A stretch of DNA of 63,984 nt, filler included, from Ionaspis alba (GCA_964255285.1; 7 parts of 7 records of this genome joined end to end with filler, not necessarily neighbours in it), one strand, 5' to 3'; counted from the whole stretch's first letter, positions 13,683-27,844 are shown. Translations and numbers: made by a program. The notes: generated by a model not told the origin, from the letters alone.

Positions 13683-14543
13683 GGTTGCGACGTCGACAAC
13701 GATTGCAGTCTACTCGGACCCGAAGTAAGTCCCCAGTGTGTTTGACAGCTTGTGCTCAAAGATGAGCCAATAGTCGAGAGGTAGCGTAAGCTTTTCACTA
13801 CCAACTATGTCGCGATGTATCCTCTCGTAACTGCTACAGAGGATAGAAGGAACAGAGACCAGTCAAAGAAAGATGTTGTCAGTAGTTGGTGTGTTTGTCA
13901 CTACAGAGGTGGTATGTAAGAATGTTCGAGGTGAAGTGGAGTAAGGTTGCGGATGTGAGATTGCGACACGACCAGAAGCCCAAGGATGCTACAACACACA
14001 AGCCGCAGAGATTTCTTCAGCACACAGCTTCAAGTCCCGATAATCTCATTTAATATCGGGATGAGAAGAATGAAGTTGATCGAAGTAGGTGACGAAAGTC
14101 GTTGAGTGTAGGTTTGTGGAAGCTGAAAAGGGAAGATTGCAAGAAACGAAGTGAAGCTTTGTACTTAAGTGGTTGGCTTGACACGTGACCTTGGAGAAAC
14201 AACGGCTTTCCCGGTTCTTATACACTCACCACGAATTAGAGTGAAGAGAGAGCTACTAAGTCATTGATTCGAGATATCATTGTGACATTGAACTATATCG
14301 ATCCAAGTTATTCTTCCGCAGACTTTTGGTCTCACCCACAATCAATTCCTCCTAACAAGCATTCAGCCTTACGGTACCGTACAACAAAATAGTGGCTCCT
14401 CCAAAACTGTCCGGCCCGGCGAAAAGGTCCGAGTAAGCTCGGACTGGGCGCCCCAAAGGTCTCCAACAGAATTTCTTATTCCTGCAGGAGCTCTTCATTT
14501 CTCCAATAACCACCATTTAGACTGAAATTTCAATATTCATACA

Positions 14544-16277
14544 ATGGCAGCAACTCTACGCTTAGGCAATTCTGCTCTGCGGTCTTCATTGACCAGCGGA
14601 CCTACTCGCTCTCTTACTTTCAATGGCTTCCGCTACTATTCCTCTGCGAAGACCCAGGTACGTCACAGCGCGGCTCCGTGCAAGAGCTGGCGATTGACCG
14701 AACTTTCAGACTCTCAAGGAAGCTTTCGCAGAGAAGCTGCCAGCGGAGATTGAGAAGGTGAAGAAGCTACGGAAAGACTACGGATCTAAGGTGGTAGGAG
14801 AAGTCACACTCGATCAAGTTTACGGTGGTGCTCGTGGGATCAAGTCACTCGTTTGGGAGGTAAGCTTGTCAGATTCGAAGGATCATGGAAAAGAGAGCTC
14901 AATTGAATCAGGGATCTGTCCTGGATTCTGAAGAGGGCATCCGATTTAGAGGCAAGACCGTAAGTACCTTCAAATTTTCTCCCTTGAATACAACTGCTCA
15001 CAATGGCAACCAGATTCCAGAATGCCAAAAACTCCTTCCCAAGGCACCTGGTGGTAGCGAGCCTCTTCCTGAAGGTCTGTCAATTGTTCTACGATTCGAG
15101 CAACCATGGAACTAATTGCCCTAGGTCTCTTCTGGCTACTCCTCACTGGCGATGTCCCTAGCGAACAACAAGTCCGAGACCTTTCCGCCGAATGGGCTGC
15201 CCGGTCGGAGATCCCCAAGTTCATTGAAGAGCTCATCGACCGCTGCCCTAGTGACCTACACCCAATGGCACAATTCTCACTCGCTGTCACTGCTCTCGAG
15301 CACGAATCATCCTTCGCCAAAGCCTATGCCAAGGGCATGTCAAAGAAGGATTATTGGGGATACACATTCGAGGACTCAATGGATCTGATTGCCAAATTAC
15401 CCACAATTGCTGCCCGTATCTATCAGAACGTCTTCAAGGATGGCAAGGTCGCACCTGTCCAGAAGGACAAAGACTACGGTTTCAATTTGGCAAACCAATT
15501 AGGCTTTGGCGAGAACAAAGACTTCGTCGAGCTCATGCGTCTCTATCTTACCATTCACTCTGACCATGAGGGTGGTAACGTCAGCGCTCACACTACGCAT
15601 CTTGTCGGTAGTGCTCTCAGCTCCCCGATGCTCTCGCTCGCTGCTGGTCTGAATGGTCTGGCTGGTCCCCTCCACGGATTGTAAGTTGCGTTATGCCTAG
15701 TTACTGTCACTGTCACTGGCTAACATATCGTGCAGGGCGAACCAAGAGGTCCTCAACTGGCTCCAGAAGATGAAGAAGGCAATCGGCAGCGATCTGAGTG
15801 ACAAAGCTATCACGGACTACCTCTGGACAACCTTGAAGGCTGGTCAGGTGGTTCCTGGCTACGGCCACGCCGTTCTACGAAAGACAGACCCGAGATATGT
15901 GTCTCAACGCGAGTTCGCTCTCCGCCATTTGCCCGATGACCCAATGTTCAAGCTTGTCAGCCAAGTATACAAGATCGCTCCGGGGGTCCTGACCGAACAT
16001 GGAAAGGTAAGCCATACATCTGTGACTACCCTTTGAGACACACTAACGGCGACCACAGACGAAGAACCCATATCCTAATGTCGATGCCCACTCAGGCGTT
16101 CTGTTGCAATACTACGGTCTGACGGAAGCCAACTACTACACTGTTCTCTTTGGTGTATCACGTGCCATTGGTGTTCTCCCACAACTAATCATTGACCGAG
16201 CATTGGGTGCCCCCATCGAGCGTCCCAAATCATTCAGTACGGAGGCATGGGCCAAGTTGGTTGGTGCGACGTTGTGA
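14544..16277 (+). CDS. cit1: Mitochondrial citrate synthase, multi-exon
   Basis: Mitochondrial presequence. Motifs [37 protein letters not shown] and [11 protein letters not shown]; ends [23 protein letters not shown]. Confidence 0.98.
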
Positions 16278-16989
16278 GGAATTCGTCTTTCTGAGTTGTA
16301 CCAGTAGGGTCGAGGGAACGGCTACAAGTACTGTGGAGGATCCGGTTGGGAAGACTGTACAATCATAAAGGACTGATACCACTTGATATCGTTTTGCGGT
16401 GTCCATACCGACGTTGTCATAAGTAAAGTCTTTTGTATATTGGTTCTAGAAGTACTATTGGCTCTTTTGGCGGCCTCCATTTCACCATGATATTATCTGC
16501 TGAACATGCAATGTACGCTAGGATGAAATGACTCTCGTCTCAGCGAGCAAAACCCCTGCACAACATTCTGCGGAATTTGTCCCACCGTTTTCGAAGTTGG
16601 GAGGAGCTAGCTTGATAGCAGGGCAAACTAAAATTTAGCAGCCGCAGCCGCGCTGTCGGCCGTCCCAACGCGGCTTAGACCCTGAAGGTCATCCTCAAGG
16701 TCTTGGAAGCTCCTGAAGAGAACAATTCTATTCTACACGACTTTCCCCGTGAACACTGCTTGCCGAGGCCTTTTCGCGACAAATTCGACTGTCCAATTCA
16801 CATCTCCACTCTTGACAATTTCGAGTTCCACTTCTGTTCTCTTAGACTACACCTTATAGAAAAATTGTGTGCTTAGCAGTCAGCACATTTCAGCTCAGTC
16901 TTCCTCACGAACTTTCCTCTTCGAACACTCTCTGCGAAGAAGCACCCTACTCCCTTGGTCAGGGCCCCTACAGTAACAGCCTATTCGGA

Positions 16990-18244
16990 ATGTCAGCTAC
17001 ACTTGCAGCACCCCCAGCAATGCTGGAGAAGAAGCTCGAGAAGAAGCCGGTTAAATTCAGCAATCTTCTGCGTGAGTAGATAACAATTTCATGGATCTTA
17101 GAACATGGCTGATATGTTTGGTGTGAAGTGGGCGCCGGACTGAACATGTTTGAGTATGTGGTTCAACTCTTTCAATCCTCCAAAACTGGGCTGACAATTT
17201 ATTCCTAGGGTCACAACTTTGGGCCAGGTACGCAGATAACGTCTTGACATGCAGGGAGCAACGACCTGACAGTGATACATGTAGCCTTTGGAAGTGGTAA
17301 AGACGACCATGGCTGCGAACAGAGGAGACAGTTTCACTGGGGCTCTGTCCCGTGTCTGGGGCCGAGGTGGTGTCTTAGGATGTATATATAGCCAGAATCG
17401 ACCTTTCAAAAGCTCTCCACTGACCGCCTTTACAGACTACCAAGGACTCATCCCCTGGGCATGGATTGAAGCCTCGACCAAAGGTGCCGTCCTACTGTTC
17501 GTCGCCTCAGAAGCCGAATACTACGCCAAATCGTTCGGTGCCTCAGACTTCGTGGGAGGTATCTCCGGCGGTATGGCAGGAGGTGTCGCTCAAGCATACG
17601 CTACAATGGGATTCTGTACCTGCATGAAGACTGTCGAGATCACGCAACACAAGATCGCTGCGAAGGGCGTTAAGCCTCCGTCAACCTTCAAAACCTTCAT
17701 GGACATCTACCGGAAAGAAGGTATTGCAGGCATCAATAGAGGCGTCAATGCCGTGGCAATAAGGCAAACGACCAACTGGGGCTCTAGATTCGGTCTATCG
17801 CGGCTGGCTGAGACCGGAATCAGGAAGGTCACTGGCAAAGAGGATGGGCAGAAGCTGGGCTCGGCGGAGAAGATCTTGGCGAGTGGTCTTGGTGGTGGGT
17901 TGAGTGCTTGGAACCAGCCTATCGAGGTCATCCGGGTCGAAATGCAAAGCAAGACCGAGGATCCCAACAGGCCAAAGAACCTGACTGTGGGAAAGACTTT
18001 AAAGTACATCTATGGGAACAACGGTATCAAGGGCTTGTATCGTGGCGTTACTCCTAGAATTGGGCTAGGCGTTTGGCAGACTATTTGCATGGTGGCGTTG
18101 GGCGATATGTGAGTGTCCTACCAATCCCTTTCTTAGCTGTGGCCCTTTGCTTCTTCCTCGGTCAATTTACTAATACTGCTGCGACACAGGGCGAAAGAGG
18201 CGGTAGAGAAGCTTACAGGTGAGAAGGTCACGGCTAAGCATTGA
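16990..18244 (+). CDS. yhm2: Mitochondrial citrate/2-oxoglutarate carrier Yhm2, with micro-exons
   Basis: [33 protein letters not shown] assembles across short exons. Also YQGLIPWAWIEASTKGAVLLF and WNQPIEVIRVEMQS. Confidence 0.95.
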
Positions 18245-19564
18245 GAAGCTCGGTGAGCTATGAACTTGTAATTTTGGTCCTGTAGCATTGCAAGAGCTGT
18301 ACATTTTTTTGCTTGAAGCTACACGATAGAGCGGAAACGGTTGTTGATGAAAAGACTTTATTGAACATCTGTAAGAGAAGTTACATTGTTACAGAACTGC
18401 TATGAGGGAAAAACTTGGCCGTGACGTTGTTTGCTCGCTCGCACTGGTATTATCTTGTGAATTATACACCTAAGATCGCTTTCTCTGTTTCCTTCTCAAC
18501 TGCCTTGCAAGTTCTTAATCTACCGCTGAGTCCCTATAATCGTTCGGTACCTGACGCATCTCTTGCACTTCGAGATCAATGGATAGGATGACCCGATCTG
18601 CTTTGAGGGCTTCCAATAACATTCCAGTCCCTCAGCGCTCGAAAAGAACTCGCGGACAAAAGAAGTGCGGTCTTCTGGTATTTGGACAAGTGCTCTAATG
18701 GCAGTAGTCACCTCAGTCATGACCCACCGGAGCGAAAAGATACCAGTTACCCAAAATGTCTGGATAATATCATCTAAAGAGCCAACCGCTGCGCACAACT
18801 GAAGTGGGGAAGCACTATCTGTTCAGTACACATATATGAAATTTGTTTAAGCTGATCTGAAACAGTAAGCTCTTTGCCATGCGGTGGAGTCTGTTCATCG
18901 TGTGGTATCTGTCCGAATTACGATAGCGGTCAAGCATAAACCACGCTCACCTCAAACCTCTCGAAACGTAAACTCTCNNNNNNNNNNNNNNNNNNNNNNN
19001 NNNNNNNNNNNNNNNNNNNNNTTAATTAATTAANNNNNNNNNNNNNNNNNNNNNNNNNNNNNNNNNNNNNNNNNNNNGAGGGGAGGGGAGGGGAGCGATG
19101 AGGAGTGGGGAGTTTAAAGGTGTGGAGTGGGGAGTTGAGATTTGTTGATGAGGGGTGGGATGGTGGTTATTGGATTTGTCGAAGTCTGCGGGCTTTTGTC
19201 CTGTCCGGGGTGATTCACCATTCTGATTCATACTTTTGTTCTTTGGTTTCCCTGTCATATCCATTCCAAATGGTTTATCACATCCCTCGTTGCCGCGTCT
19301 TGAGTCGATTTCCTACTGCGTGTGATGCACCACTTCTTTTCATACTTCTGTGCCTGATTGTCTCTGTCATCACCCCACTGTACGATTCACCGTATTCCTT
19401 GATACCCTCATGCTTCACTAGGTCTGTCACACCTTCACAGTATCCTTCCCCTCGAGCCTGCCGTCTATATAACTCGAATACTCTGCTGGTAGTACACTTC
19501 AAAATCCTGCCATCAACCACATCTCTCGCAAAGCTTCTGTGAAGCCCATCGCCCTCCCTTAATC

Positions 19565-19975
19565 ATGGTTTTCGGTTCCAGAAACTCAAAAGACGCAGGC
19601 GTCATCGTACTGAAAGCCCAGGGCATACCATCTGCCATCAACCGCGTCGACTACACCCTCTCCACCACCACCCTCGGTAATGCCATAAGTGCGTTTCTCT
19701 ACCCTCTCCATCTCGTGTAAGCTCGAATCTAATTACTCCCAGGACTGGAAAACTGCACAGAAGTCCAGAAGCAACCGTCGAATCCCGAAAAGGGAAGGCT
19801 TTATCTTGTCCTCAATTATGGGGGGAACATTGGTTATGAGGCCCAGAAGGATTTCGATTTTGCGAAGGAGCTGGGAAAAGGAAAGATGAAGAGGAGGACT
19901 AATGGGAAGGAATTTACCAGGATTTTTGTTGAGGCTAAGATGATGGGGAACGTGATTGATTTTACGTTTGAATAG
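19565..19975 (+). CDS. Hypothetical 118-aa protein, 2 exons (19565-19688, 19743-19975)
   Basis: A GTGCGT...CTAAT...CAG intron joins the exons into an open frame MVFGSRNSKDAGVIVLKAQG...IDFTFE-stop. Not in the ORF track. Confidence 0.6.
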
Positions 19976-20865
19976 AAGTACGGAGGCACATGGGAGCTTG
20001 CTGGCAAGGGACCGGGAAACGTAGCACGAGACAGGGCTAAGGACCTGATGGCTTTCTTCTGATTGCTTCTCAGCAATGCGCCTATCAATTTCCGTGATGC
20101 AAATCTTTCTGACACAATGCTCATCGAGTAAATCGAGATGGCGCGAATCTCTGCGTAGTGTTGGCAGGCGGTCTGGTGGCCTTTGAGCTTCCAGACATAC
20201 AGTTCCGTGCAGCTTGACATTTTGTTCCCAAGCAGATTTTTTGTACACATAGTGGCCCGATCAGTCGCTGGAAATCCCGTACATACGCCTTATCCTTCGG
20301 CATTTTTTCGCTCTCTCGCCGATTAGCCCATACAAAACGTCGCTACTCGTTACCATGAGGCTCTTTGTATGATTGGAGCAGGTCGTTTTGCACTGCCACT
20401 TGAAGGACACCCATGGGAACGACGTCGCCATCGACATGAGCATGCGTTCACCGAACATATTGCCTGGCGACTCGCTCGAATTGGGTCATACATGCACCTT
20501 CAAATTAACCTTCTTGAACTTACCTAAGGGCTTGATCCAATTTTCAGGAAATTGAGATCTCTGTTACTAGTCCTGATTTGCTAGAGTCGGTGTATGGCTG
20601 GCCCCCTTGTAGAACAATGTGTTTTCGGCAACAGCAAATGGCGGCTCTTCTATCCCGCTCGATGTTGACTATTTCAGCGTGGCCTTAAAATCTCCCTTCT
20701 GTATTTTTGTGCTCGTAGTTCTCTCCAGAATCATTAGCATCGATTTCGCTCTCAAATTGCCGTCAAGATCAAGATATCTCGCTTTGCGTCCAACGCTCTT
20801 GGCTGAGGCTTGGATGATTCCATCAAGACTTAAAAGAAACTCGAAATGGTTATCAAGCCTGTACT

Positions 20866-22404
20866 TTGACTGCCGGAGGAGTCCTCGGACANNNNNNNNN
20901 NNNNNNNNNNNNNNNNNNNNNNNNNNNNNNNNNNNNNNNNNNNNNNNNNNNNNNNNNNNNNNNNNNNNNNNNNNNNNNNNNNNNNNNNNNNAGATACCTA
21001 ACACGACCTCTAAATTTCCCCGGGAGGGCAACCGTGTTGGAGTTCGGAGCGGGCAGCGTGGGAAGATTCGACTTCGGAAATGCTGAAAGCCTAAAAAGGT
21101 ACTTTTCTGGCACCGCAGGAAACGCCTGCAAACATCGGCTATATCTGCTGGAAGATTTATCCAGGCCGTTTGTAGAGGTAATTGGGGCGCACTTCTGGAT
21201 GGACCCATTTCTGTTCGCGGCACATGAGAATTCGACGCACTGGACGGGGACGAAGCTAGATTATGCGCTCCCCCGGAGACTACCGTCGTTGCAGAACCTG
21301 GATCCGAGCTTTACGTTACGGTATTATGAGGTTGTTAAGTCGTTGGGGAATAACAGTGAGAAGGTGGATTGGAAGACGGTGTCTAATGTCCACCGGAAAA
21401 TTGAGCTGGGCGATTTGAACCACTCTTTGGAAAAACATCAGAATCCTGATTCCATGAACTATGTTGTTCGCAGGAACGCGTCATTTTGGTCGCGGGAAAG
21501 GAAAGACGGGGGCTGGGATGGTCAGTGAACACTACTTCTACTGCCCCTCCTTTTCATCGATTCTAGGCATTCGAGAGCTTACATAGCTACAGCACTTATC
21601 TTGGTTGATCCTCCCGTCGGTGATTCGGTCCTTACCAGCAAGTCTCAGTGGAAGAGATGGCCCAATACACCTTATGGATCTGGGTATGTTGACTTCACGC
21701 CCTGGAATGGCAAAAATGCGCGCTCAATGCGGCCGGATACTGTCCGCGGTCCTCTAAGGAGGTCGATATTAGACGATATTGCTTGGTACTGGACGAAGAT
21801 GGCAAGCGCTGAACAGATAGCAAGTGCTCATAAAGATGCGGCAATGAGCTCAATTTTTCTCAAGAAGATTGTAGCCTCAAACTGGAATGTACTGCTGGAA
21901 TTTGTCTGGGCAAAACTCAGCGAATTTGAGAGAGAACTCGGGAAGTTTCAAGGGACAAAGTTAACTGATCTTGCGGAGACCTTAGCTGACGTTAATCTCT
22001 TTCGAAGACGACTCTCATGGTATTATGACGAGGTTGAAATGAGTTTGAGGAGTGTTGGAATTGCTGTCGACGGGCAGAGTAACGACGATGGAAAGGAACT
22101 TCTGTCCGTCCTCTCGCGACTTCAAGGTTGCAAGGAGAAGGTCGAATCTCTGACGCCAATCGTGACGGGAATGCTGAACGTTCGCCAAGCAGATATATCT
22201 ATGAAAGAATCCCGATTAGTGTCCAAACTGACGCTTGTTGCTCTGGTATTCATTCCGCTGTCCTTTACAGCAAGTATATTCAGCATGGGCGGAGACTATC
22301 TACCTGGCAGCTCCTTGTTTTGGGTTTACTTTGCAGTGGCGTTGCCAACCACATTGATAATCCTTGCTCTTGCGTGGTGGTTGCGAGGGAAATCATTTAT
22401 ATGA
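20866..22404 (+). CDS. CorA-like fungal membrane protein (5' end obscured by gap 20892-20991)
   Basis: Fungal CorA-like motif LYLLEDLS..IGAHFWMDP.LFAAH, an intron near 21521-21592, and two C-terminal TM helices LTLVALVFIPLSFTASIFSMG..FWVYFAVALP. Confidence 0.8.
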
Positions 22405-22999
22405 AAATCGAAGCGCTACTGACCATGGGATTCGACGGTGTAGAAGTTGAGGTTTGCTTACTTCGCGCAAGAACGCCTCTCTTACAACAGAGAGTGCCAT
22501 TCCGAAGCCATATTGAAGCGATATTGCGCCGTTCCAGCATCCAGTAATATAGGTAGGAATGTCTAGGCGGAGCATTGCTATGTATCGCTCTGCTAGACCT
22601 ATACTGCTTCATCCCACGAGTGGCTGTGTATAGGCTGGCACGTGATAAGGTTTTGGACAGCAGGCATTGAATACTCGTACAGAAGAATTGGAGGGCAACT
22701 GACGCCAGCTCAACGCAGCCAATTCAGGCTTCTACCTGCTGCGCGCCTTGCACCGTTTTATAGATCCTTTTTTGCTTTTTCGATACTCTCTCGGTGCTCC
22801 CCACTGCTTCCACGCTGTTTTTCCTTGCTCCCTTACTGCTCCCTCTAAAGCGGCCCTGCTCCTTTTCCCGACCCGAAACGGCAATCGTNNNNNNNNNNNN
22901 NNNNNNNNNNNNNNNNNNNNNNNNNNNNNNNNNNNNNNNNNNNNNNNNNNNNNNNNNNNNNNNNNNNNNNNNNNNNNNNNNNNNNNNNTCGCCTCTAGC

Positions 23000-25096
23000 T
23001 TAACAGGTCCACACACCCACGACCCCATCTCTCCTCCCCTCGACCAAAAACCCGTCAAGAATCCTGACTCTCTCGACTACACTAGCTTTTACACCCTCAT
23101 CGCTCGCTGCTAATCCAGCACCACAATCCCAATGCCTACCATCTGTCTTATCATACACTTTCGCCACGTCTTCACCTGCAGCAGTCACTATTCGTCGAGC
23201 GTCAAAGTTCATATCAGTGATGGGATTGTCGAAAGCGAAGGCGTCGTGAATGGAGCCTGTGCGAAGATCCCAGATCTTTGCGAGCGAAAGGTCAGCCAAA
23301 ACACAATGGAGGAAGTTGTAGGAACGGAAAGAACAAGGTTTGAGGGGTAGAAACATACTCGTATACTGCGGTCCAAGCTCCCGGTGACCAAATGAACGTC
23401 ATCGAATTGAAGTGCGGTCACTGGCCCGGTATGGCCCACCAAACTCCTATGCACCTGTCCGCTTCTCAAATCCCAAAGCCGAACCATCCCATCTGCCGTG
23501 CCACACGCCAACGCCGCATCAAAACACTGTAGAGCGCCCACAAAGTCCGCTGACGCATTTGGTAGCCGTCCCGTCGTCCGCCATTGTCCGTCGTTAGAAT
23601 TCATGGTAGATGATGCCTGGGCTGCTGCCCACAGCACATCTAGTGTCTGCACACAGCGACCTTTGACAAGATCCCATTGCCGCAGTGTCTTGTCAGCAGA
23701 GCCAGAAACAAGAGTGTCATTCCTGAAATGCAGGGCTGTGACTTCATCAACGTGAGCCTCGAGGGAGAAGATGGGACATTCTTCCATGCCAGACGAGGGA
23801 GGACGTCTCGACTGGTCATTGTCGTTTTCGAGCGCCAGGGCTGCATCGTCATATTCTTCTTCGTGAATATCGCTTTCTTCTTGCGGAATGTATTCTGCTT
23901 TACTTAGATCCCATAATCGAATCGATGCGTCAATAGAGCCGGTAGCAACGATATTTTCTTCGACTTGTAGACACCGTACGGAAGCTCGGTGGCCTTCCAG
24001 AAGGCCTAGACATCGTCCTTGGTTCAAATCCCATACTCGCACTGTATCGTCCAGGGCGGCCGTCACCATAGTGCCAAAGGGGGCATCAAACCCCAAGGCT
24101 GTAATCATGTCATTGTGGGCGGGAATCTCCTTGATGCTTGTTCCTGGCTCAAAATGCTCGTGTCGTATAGGCATAGATTTCCTTCGGGGTAGCTTATGCC
24201 TTTTTGCCTTGGGTGATGGCAGTTTCTCATAGATCGATGCTGACATGAATGTATCTGCAGCAGCTTCGGTCTCTGAAACCAGGGTGTTAGCCCCTGTATC
24301 TGCTTCTATGGGCGGCGTTGCTGCGTAGCCTAGTGTGGCCGCATCGTCCAGCTCTTCCTGCATGTCTTCTAGTCTATTGTCGAGCTCTGAGATCTCATTC
24401 TCGACTTTTAGCTCGTCGTCTTCTAGGCCCGATAATCGATCCAAAACGATTTTTCGCATGCTGTTCAGGTTTGATATCTTATTATCGATCTCTCGGATCT
24501 CAGACGAGCACATATTCTTTCGCACGCCCATCATTTCTAATCTATGATTCAACTTGTTCCGCTCTTTCTTCAGCTTTACCAATGATGGCGGTCCTGTAAT
24601 GTCCTCCTCAGCATCATCGAGTAGCTTCTGCCCCTTATTATTCCGTCTATGCGTTTTCCTGTGATCGCTTTCATCCTCCTCTGGTATTGTAGCTTGGAAA
24701 CCTTGAAATAAGGAGTAGGGATTTTCGTTTTCCGGTATTCTAGTCAGAAGTTCATCGGGTATGAATGTAAGAGCGCGATGCTGGATCTCGGAGGTCAATT
24801 TCGATCGCATGAGATCCGTAGGCGATGTTTGAGCATATGAGAAGACTCTTTGCTGTATTCCTGGCCGTCTTAACTCACGATGGAGCTCGCTCATGGCATT
24901 CTGATAGGTGGAGTTGGTCGGGTCGCTGAGGGGCCCGATCAGATGATTTGCGGTGGTGGTGACTTTGCGTCCGAAAGCTTCGATATGCCTTGTCTATGAC
25001 TATTTAGCAAAAGCTACGAGCACATACAAGCAGACTCACTGTCAACGCAGTTCCGAGAATAGGTTCGTCCGCGGACGAGCCTTCTCGGCCGGCCAT
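23000..25096 (-). CDS. mdv1: Mitochondrial division adaptor Mdv1/Caf4 (coiled coil + WD40)
   Basis: [17 protein letters not shown], coiled coil, WD40 repeats ([47 protein letters not shown]). Confidence 0.93.
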
Positions 25097-25584
25097 AGTT
25101 TAAGGTAAACGGAGTGCTACTAATTGTTCCTGGTGACTAATGTCGTCCGAATTGATGTATAAGAGCCTCTAAGATGCACATGATGGAGCAGTCTAGCTCG
25201 ATAGTTGAGCTTGAAAAACACGTCTCGTGTACATGGACGTGATCATGGTGTAACGCAGCCACAGCAGAGGTCAAGATCCCTGTCACGATCATCCCGCAGT
25301 GGCGTACAGCCTCATGTCGTCTCACTGCATAAACAACCCCACAATTTTCAACTTGAATTGTTAAAGCCTCAATTCTTCGGGAGATACTGTTGAAATCCGA
25401 TTATTTCTTCGTCGTAGTATTGCCCGAACACTTTCCTTGCTTCCTGACTGTTTGAGAGCATTCATTGTCCAATGGGCGCGGATTGTAGCAGCATATTCAT
25501 AAAAAGCAGATCACTTCGGATGAATGTAAACAGATTGATCTAGCATTTCTTCTTTTTTAGTACAAGTCATATGTCATACAAGTC

Positions 25585-26648
25585 ATGGATACAGCCATTG
25601 ATCTATCTGATGCCTCCAAGGCGTTAGATCTTGCAAACATCCGCTTCCAATTGATGTATNNNNNNNNNNNNNNNNNNNNNNNNNNNNNNNNNNNNNNNNN
25701 NNNNNNNNNNNNNNNNNNNNNNNNNNNNNNNNNNNNNNNNNNNNNNNNNNNNNNNNNNNATCTGATGCCTCCAAGGCGTTAGATCTTGCAAACATCCGCT
25801 TCCAATTGATGTATGACAGCGAGAGAAGTTCCTGCTTGGGAGAAAAGTCTAGTACTGACTATCACCAAGCCGTCTCGAAGACACAATCACATTCCATCTC
25901 ATTGAGCGAGTGCAATTTCCTTTGAACAAAACAATATACGAATCCGGCGGCGTCAAAATCCCAAATAGCAACCTCAGCCTCTTCGACTGGATGCTCCGAG
26001 AACAAGAGCGCATCCACTCGCGAATCCGTCGTTACGAATCGCCAGACGAGTATCCATTTTTTCCAGATGTGTTAGAGAAACCCATGTTGCAGCCGCTCAA
26101 GTATCCGCAAATCCTCCACCCAAACACGGTCAACTTGAACGACGAGATCAAGCGAAGGTATATTCAGACCGTTCTTCCACGTGCTTGCCGAGACTTCGGC
26201 AGGGAGGACCGAGGCGAGACGCAGGAGAACTATGGATCTTCGGCAACGTGCGATACGGCTTGTCTGCAGGCGATCTCAAGAAGAATCCACTTCGGGAAGT
26301 TTGTGGCTGAGGCAAAGTTCCAAGCAGAAACTGAGAGATTCGTGGAGTTGATCCAGAATGGGGATAGAGAGGGAATTGATGCTGCAATCACAAATGCTGC
26401 TGTTGAGGCGAAGGTGCTGGAAAGACTGAGACTCAAGGCAAAGACGTATGGGACAGATCCGAGTATAAGTCTTGAGGGGCAAGAGAAAATCAACGTCGAT
26501 GCTGTTGTGGCTATGTATAAGGTAAGCCATTGTTCGAACAAAGTTGCACAAATACTCACAGGTACAGGAAATGGTCATACCTTTGACAAAAGTCGTGGAA
26601 GTAGAGTACCTCATGCAGAGACTAGAGGATACCCAATGGAAACTATGA
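25585..26648 (+). CDS. aro7: Chorismate mutase (exon 1 partly duplicated around an assembly gap)
   Basis: [61 protein letters not shown] and [17 protein letters not shown]. Confidence 0.96.
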
Positions 26649-26706
26649 GCACCACGAGCCTTTTCTAGCATGTGGCCAGTGGTGTTCGCACCGATCTTTG
26701 AGCTTA

Positions 26707-27668
26707 TCATGACGGCTGAAGGAAACTTTCAATATCCTTTACCGCCTCCTCAAACTTCCTGGCCTCAATCAGAATCGCATGTCCCCGCGGCCTAATTCCT
26801 GCCTCCTGGAAAGCCCTCTTCGCATCCGCCTGTCCCTCTCCCTCCTCCTTCACATAAGTGTACCCACCCCACGCCAGTGCATGCCGCTGCAGTACCTCAT
26901 CCTCGGGATGGAAGTAGAAAACCTCTTGTCCGTCCTCCGTAACCCCACCCTTTTTCTTCTTCTTTTGTGGCCGAGTCTCGTCGTCTAGCTTGGACAAGAT
27001 CTCGAGGTAGGTCTTCGAGAGGATGAGATAGTGCGTAAATTGGTATGGCTCTTTCTCTTCGAGCGCCCAGGCAATTTCTTCGAGTAGCATGCGATACATT
27101 GGTGGGACAACCTCGGAAGGAATGTTGATGAGACGTTCTGTGAGTACCAAGCCGACTTGAGCATTGCTGGTAGAGCCTAGAAGCTCTGCAAGTGGTGCCA
27201 ATGGAGTACTTGATATTGCGCGCTGCGAGACATATTCGATCAAGGATTTGATCACTGGTTTTCCCTGCCACCCTTATTAGCCCCGACTCTCTCTTGCTTT
27301 TTAGATATCTCCCACCCTATGTTCGTATAGATTCAACACTGTCAAGAACGCATACGGATCCGTCTCGTTCCCATCCACTTTGACCGTAGACCCAAGAAGA
27401 GGTTGCGCCAGGATCAAGTCTGCCAGAGCGCTCAGATCGAATAACTGTGCATCCACATCGAGCAGTTGACGGAGGAGGGTCTTCAATCCGTGGAAGTCGA
27501 CTTCTGGCTGAGGATCAAACCATTCAAACTCGACGTCTAGCATGTCCGTATCCTGAAATTGAGTTAGTCGAGCGAAAACATGGGGGACACGGAGATGGGT
27601 ACCAAGTCGCTGGAGCTTTCATCTTCGAACTGCTTCTTTGAGCGTTCTGGCTCTTTTCTTTTGGCCAT
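26707..27668 (-). CDS. bcp1: Bcp1/BCCIP family protein, 3 exons
   Basis: [48 protein letters not shown] and YFHPEDEV. Confidence 0.93.
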
Positions 27669-27844
27669 CGTAAAGAAGTCTTTGGTAGAGAGCAAAGTCA
27701 ATTGCCCCAAATCGTTGCTAAGGTCGTATTGGATTTACGAGAATCTATGCGAGCCGTCAACTTTTGTGAAAATCTCTTGGCGGTACAATACATAACCCTA
27801 ATCTTGTTGAAGGAAGTAACTCCGGTATTAGCGTGGTTTCCCCA

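Noticed and set aside
25605..25814. Apparent duplication of aro7 exon 1
   Set aside because: Exact 55-bp repeat on both sides of a 100-N gap; a scaffolding (k-mer overlap) artefact.
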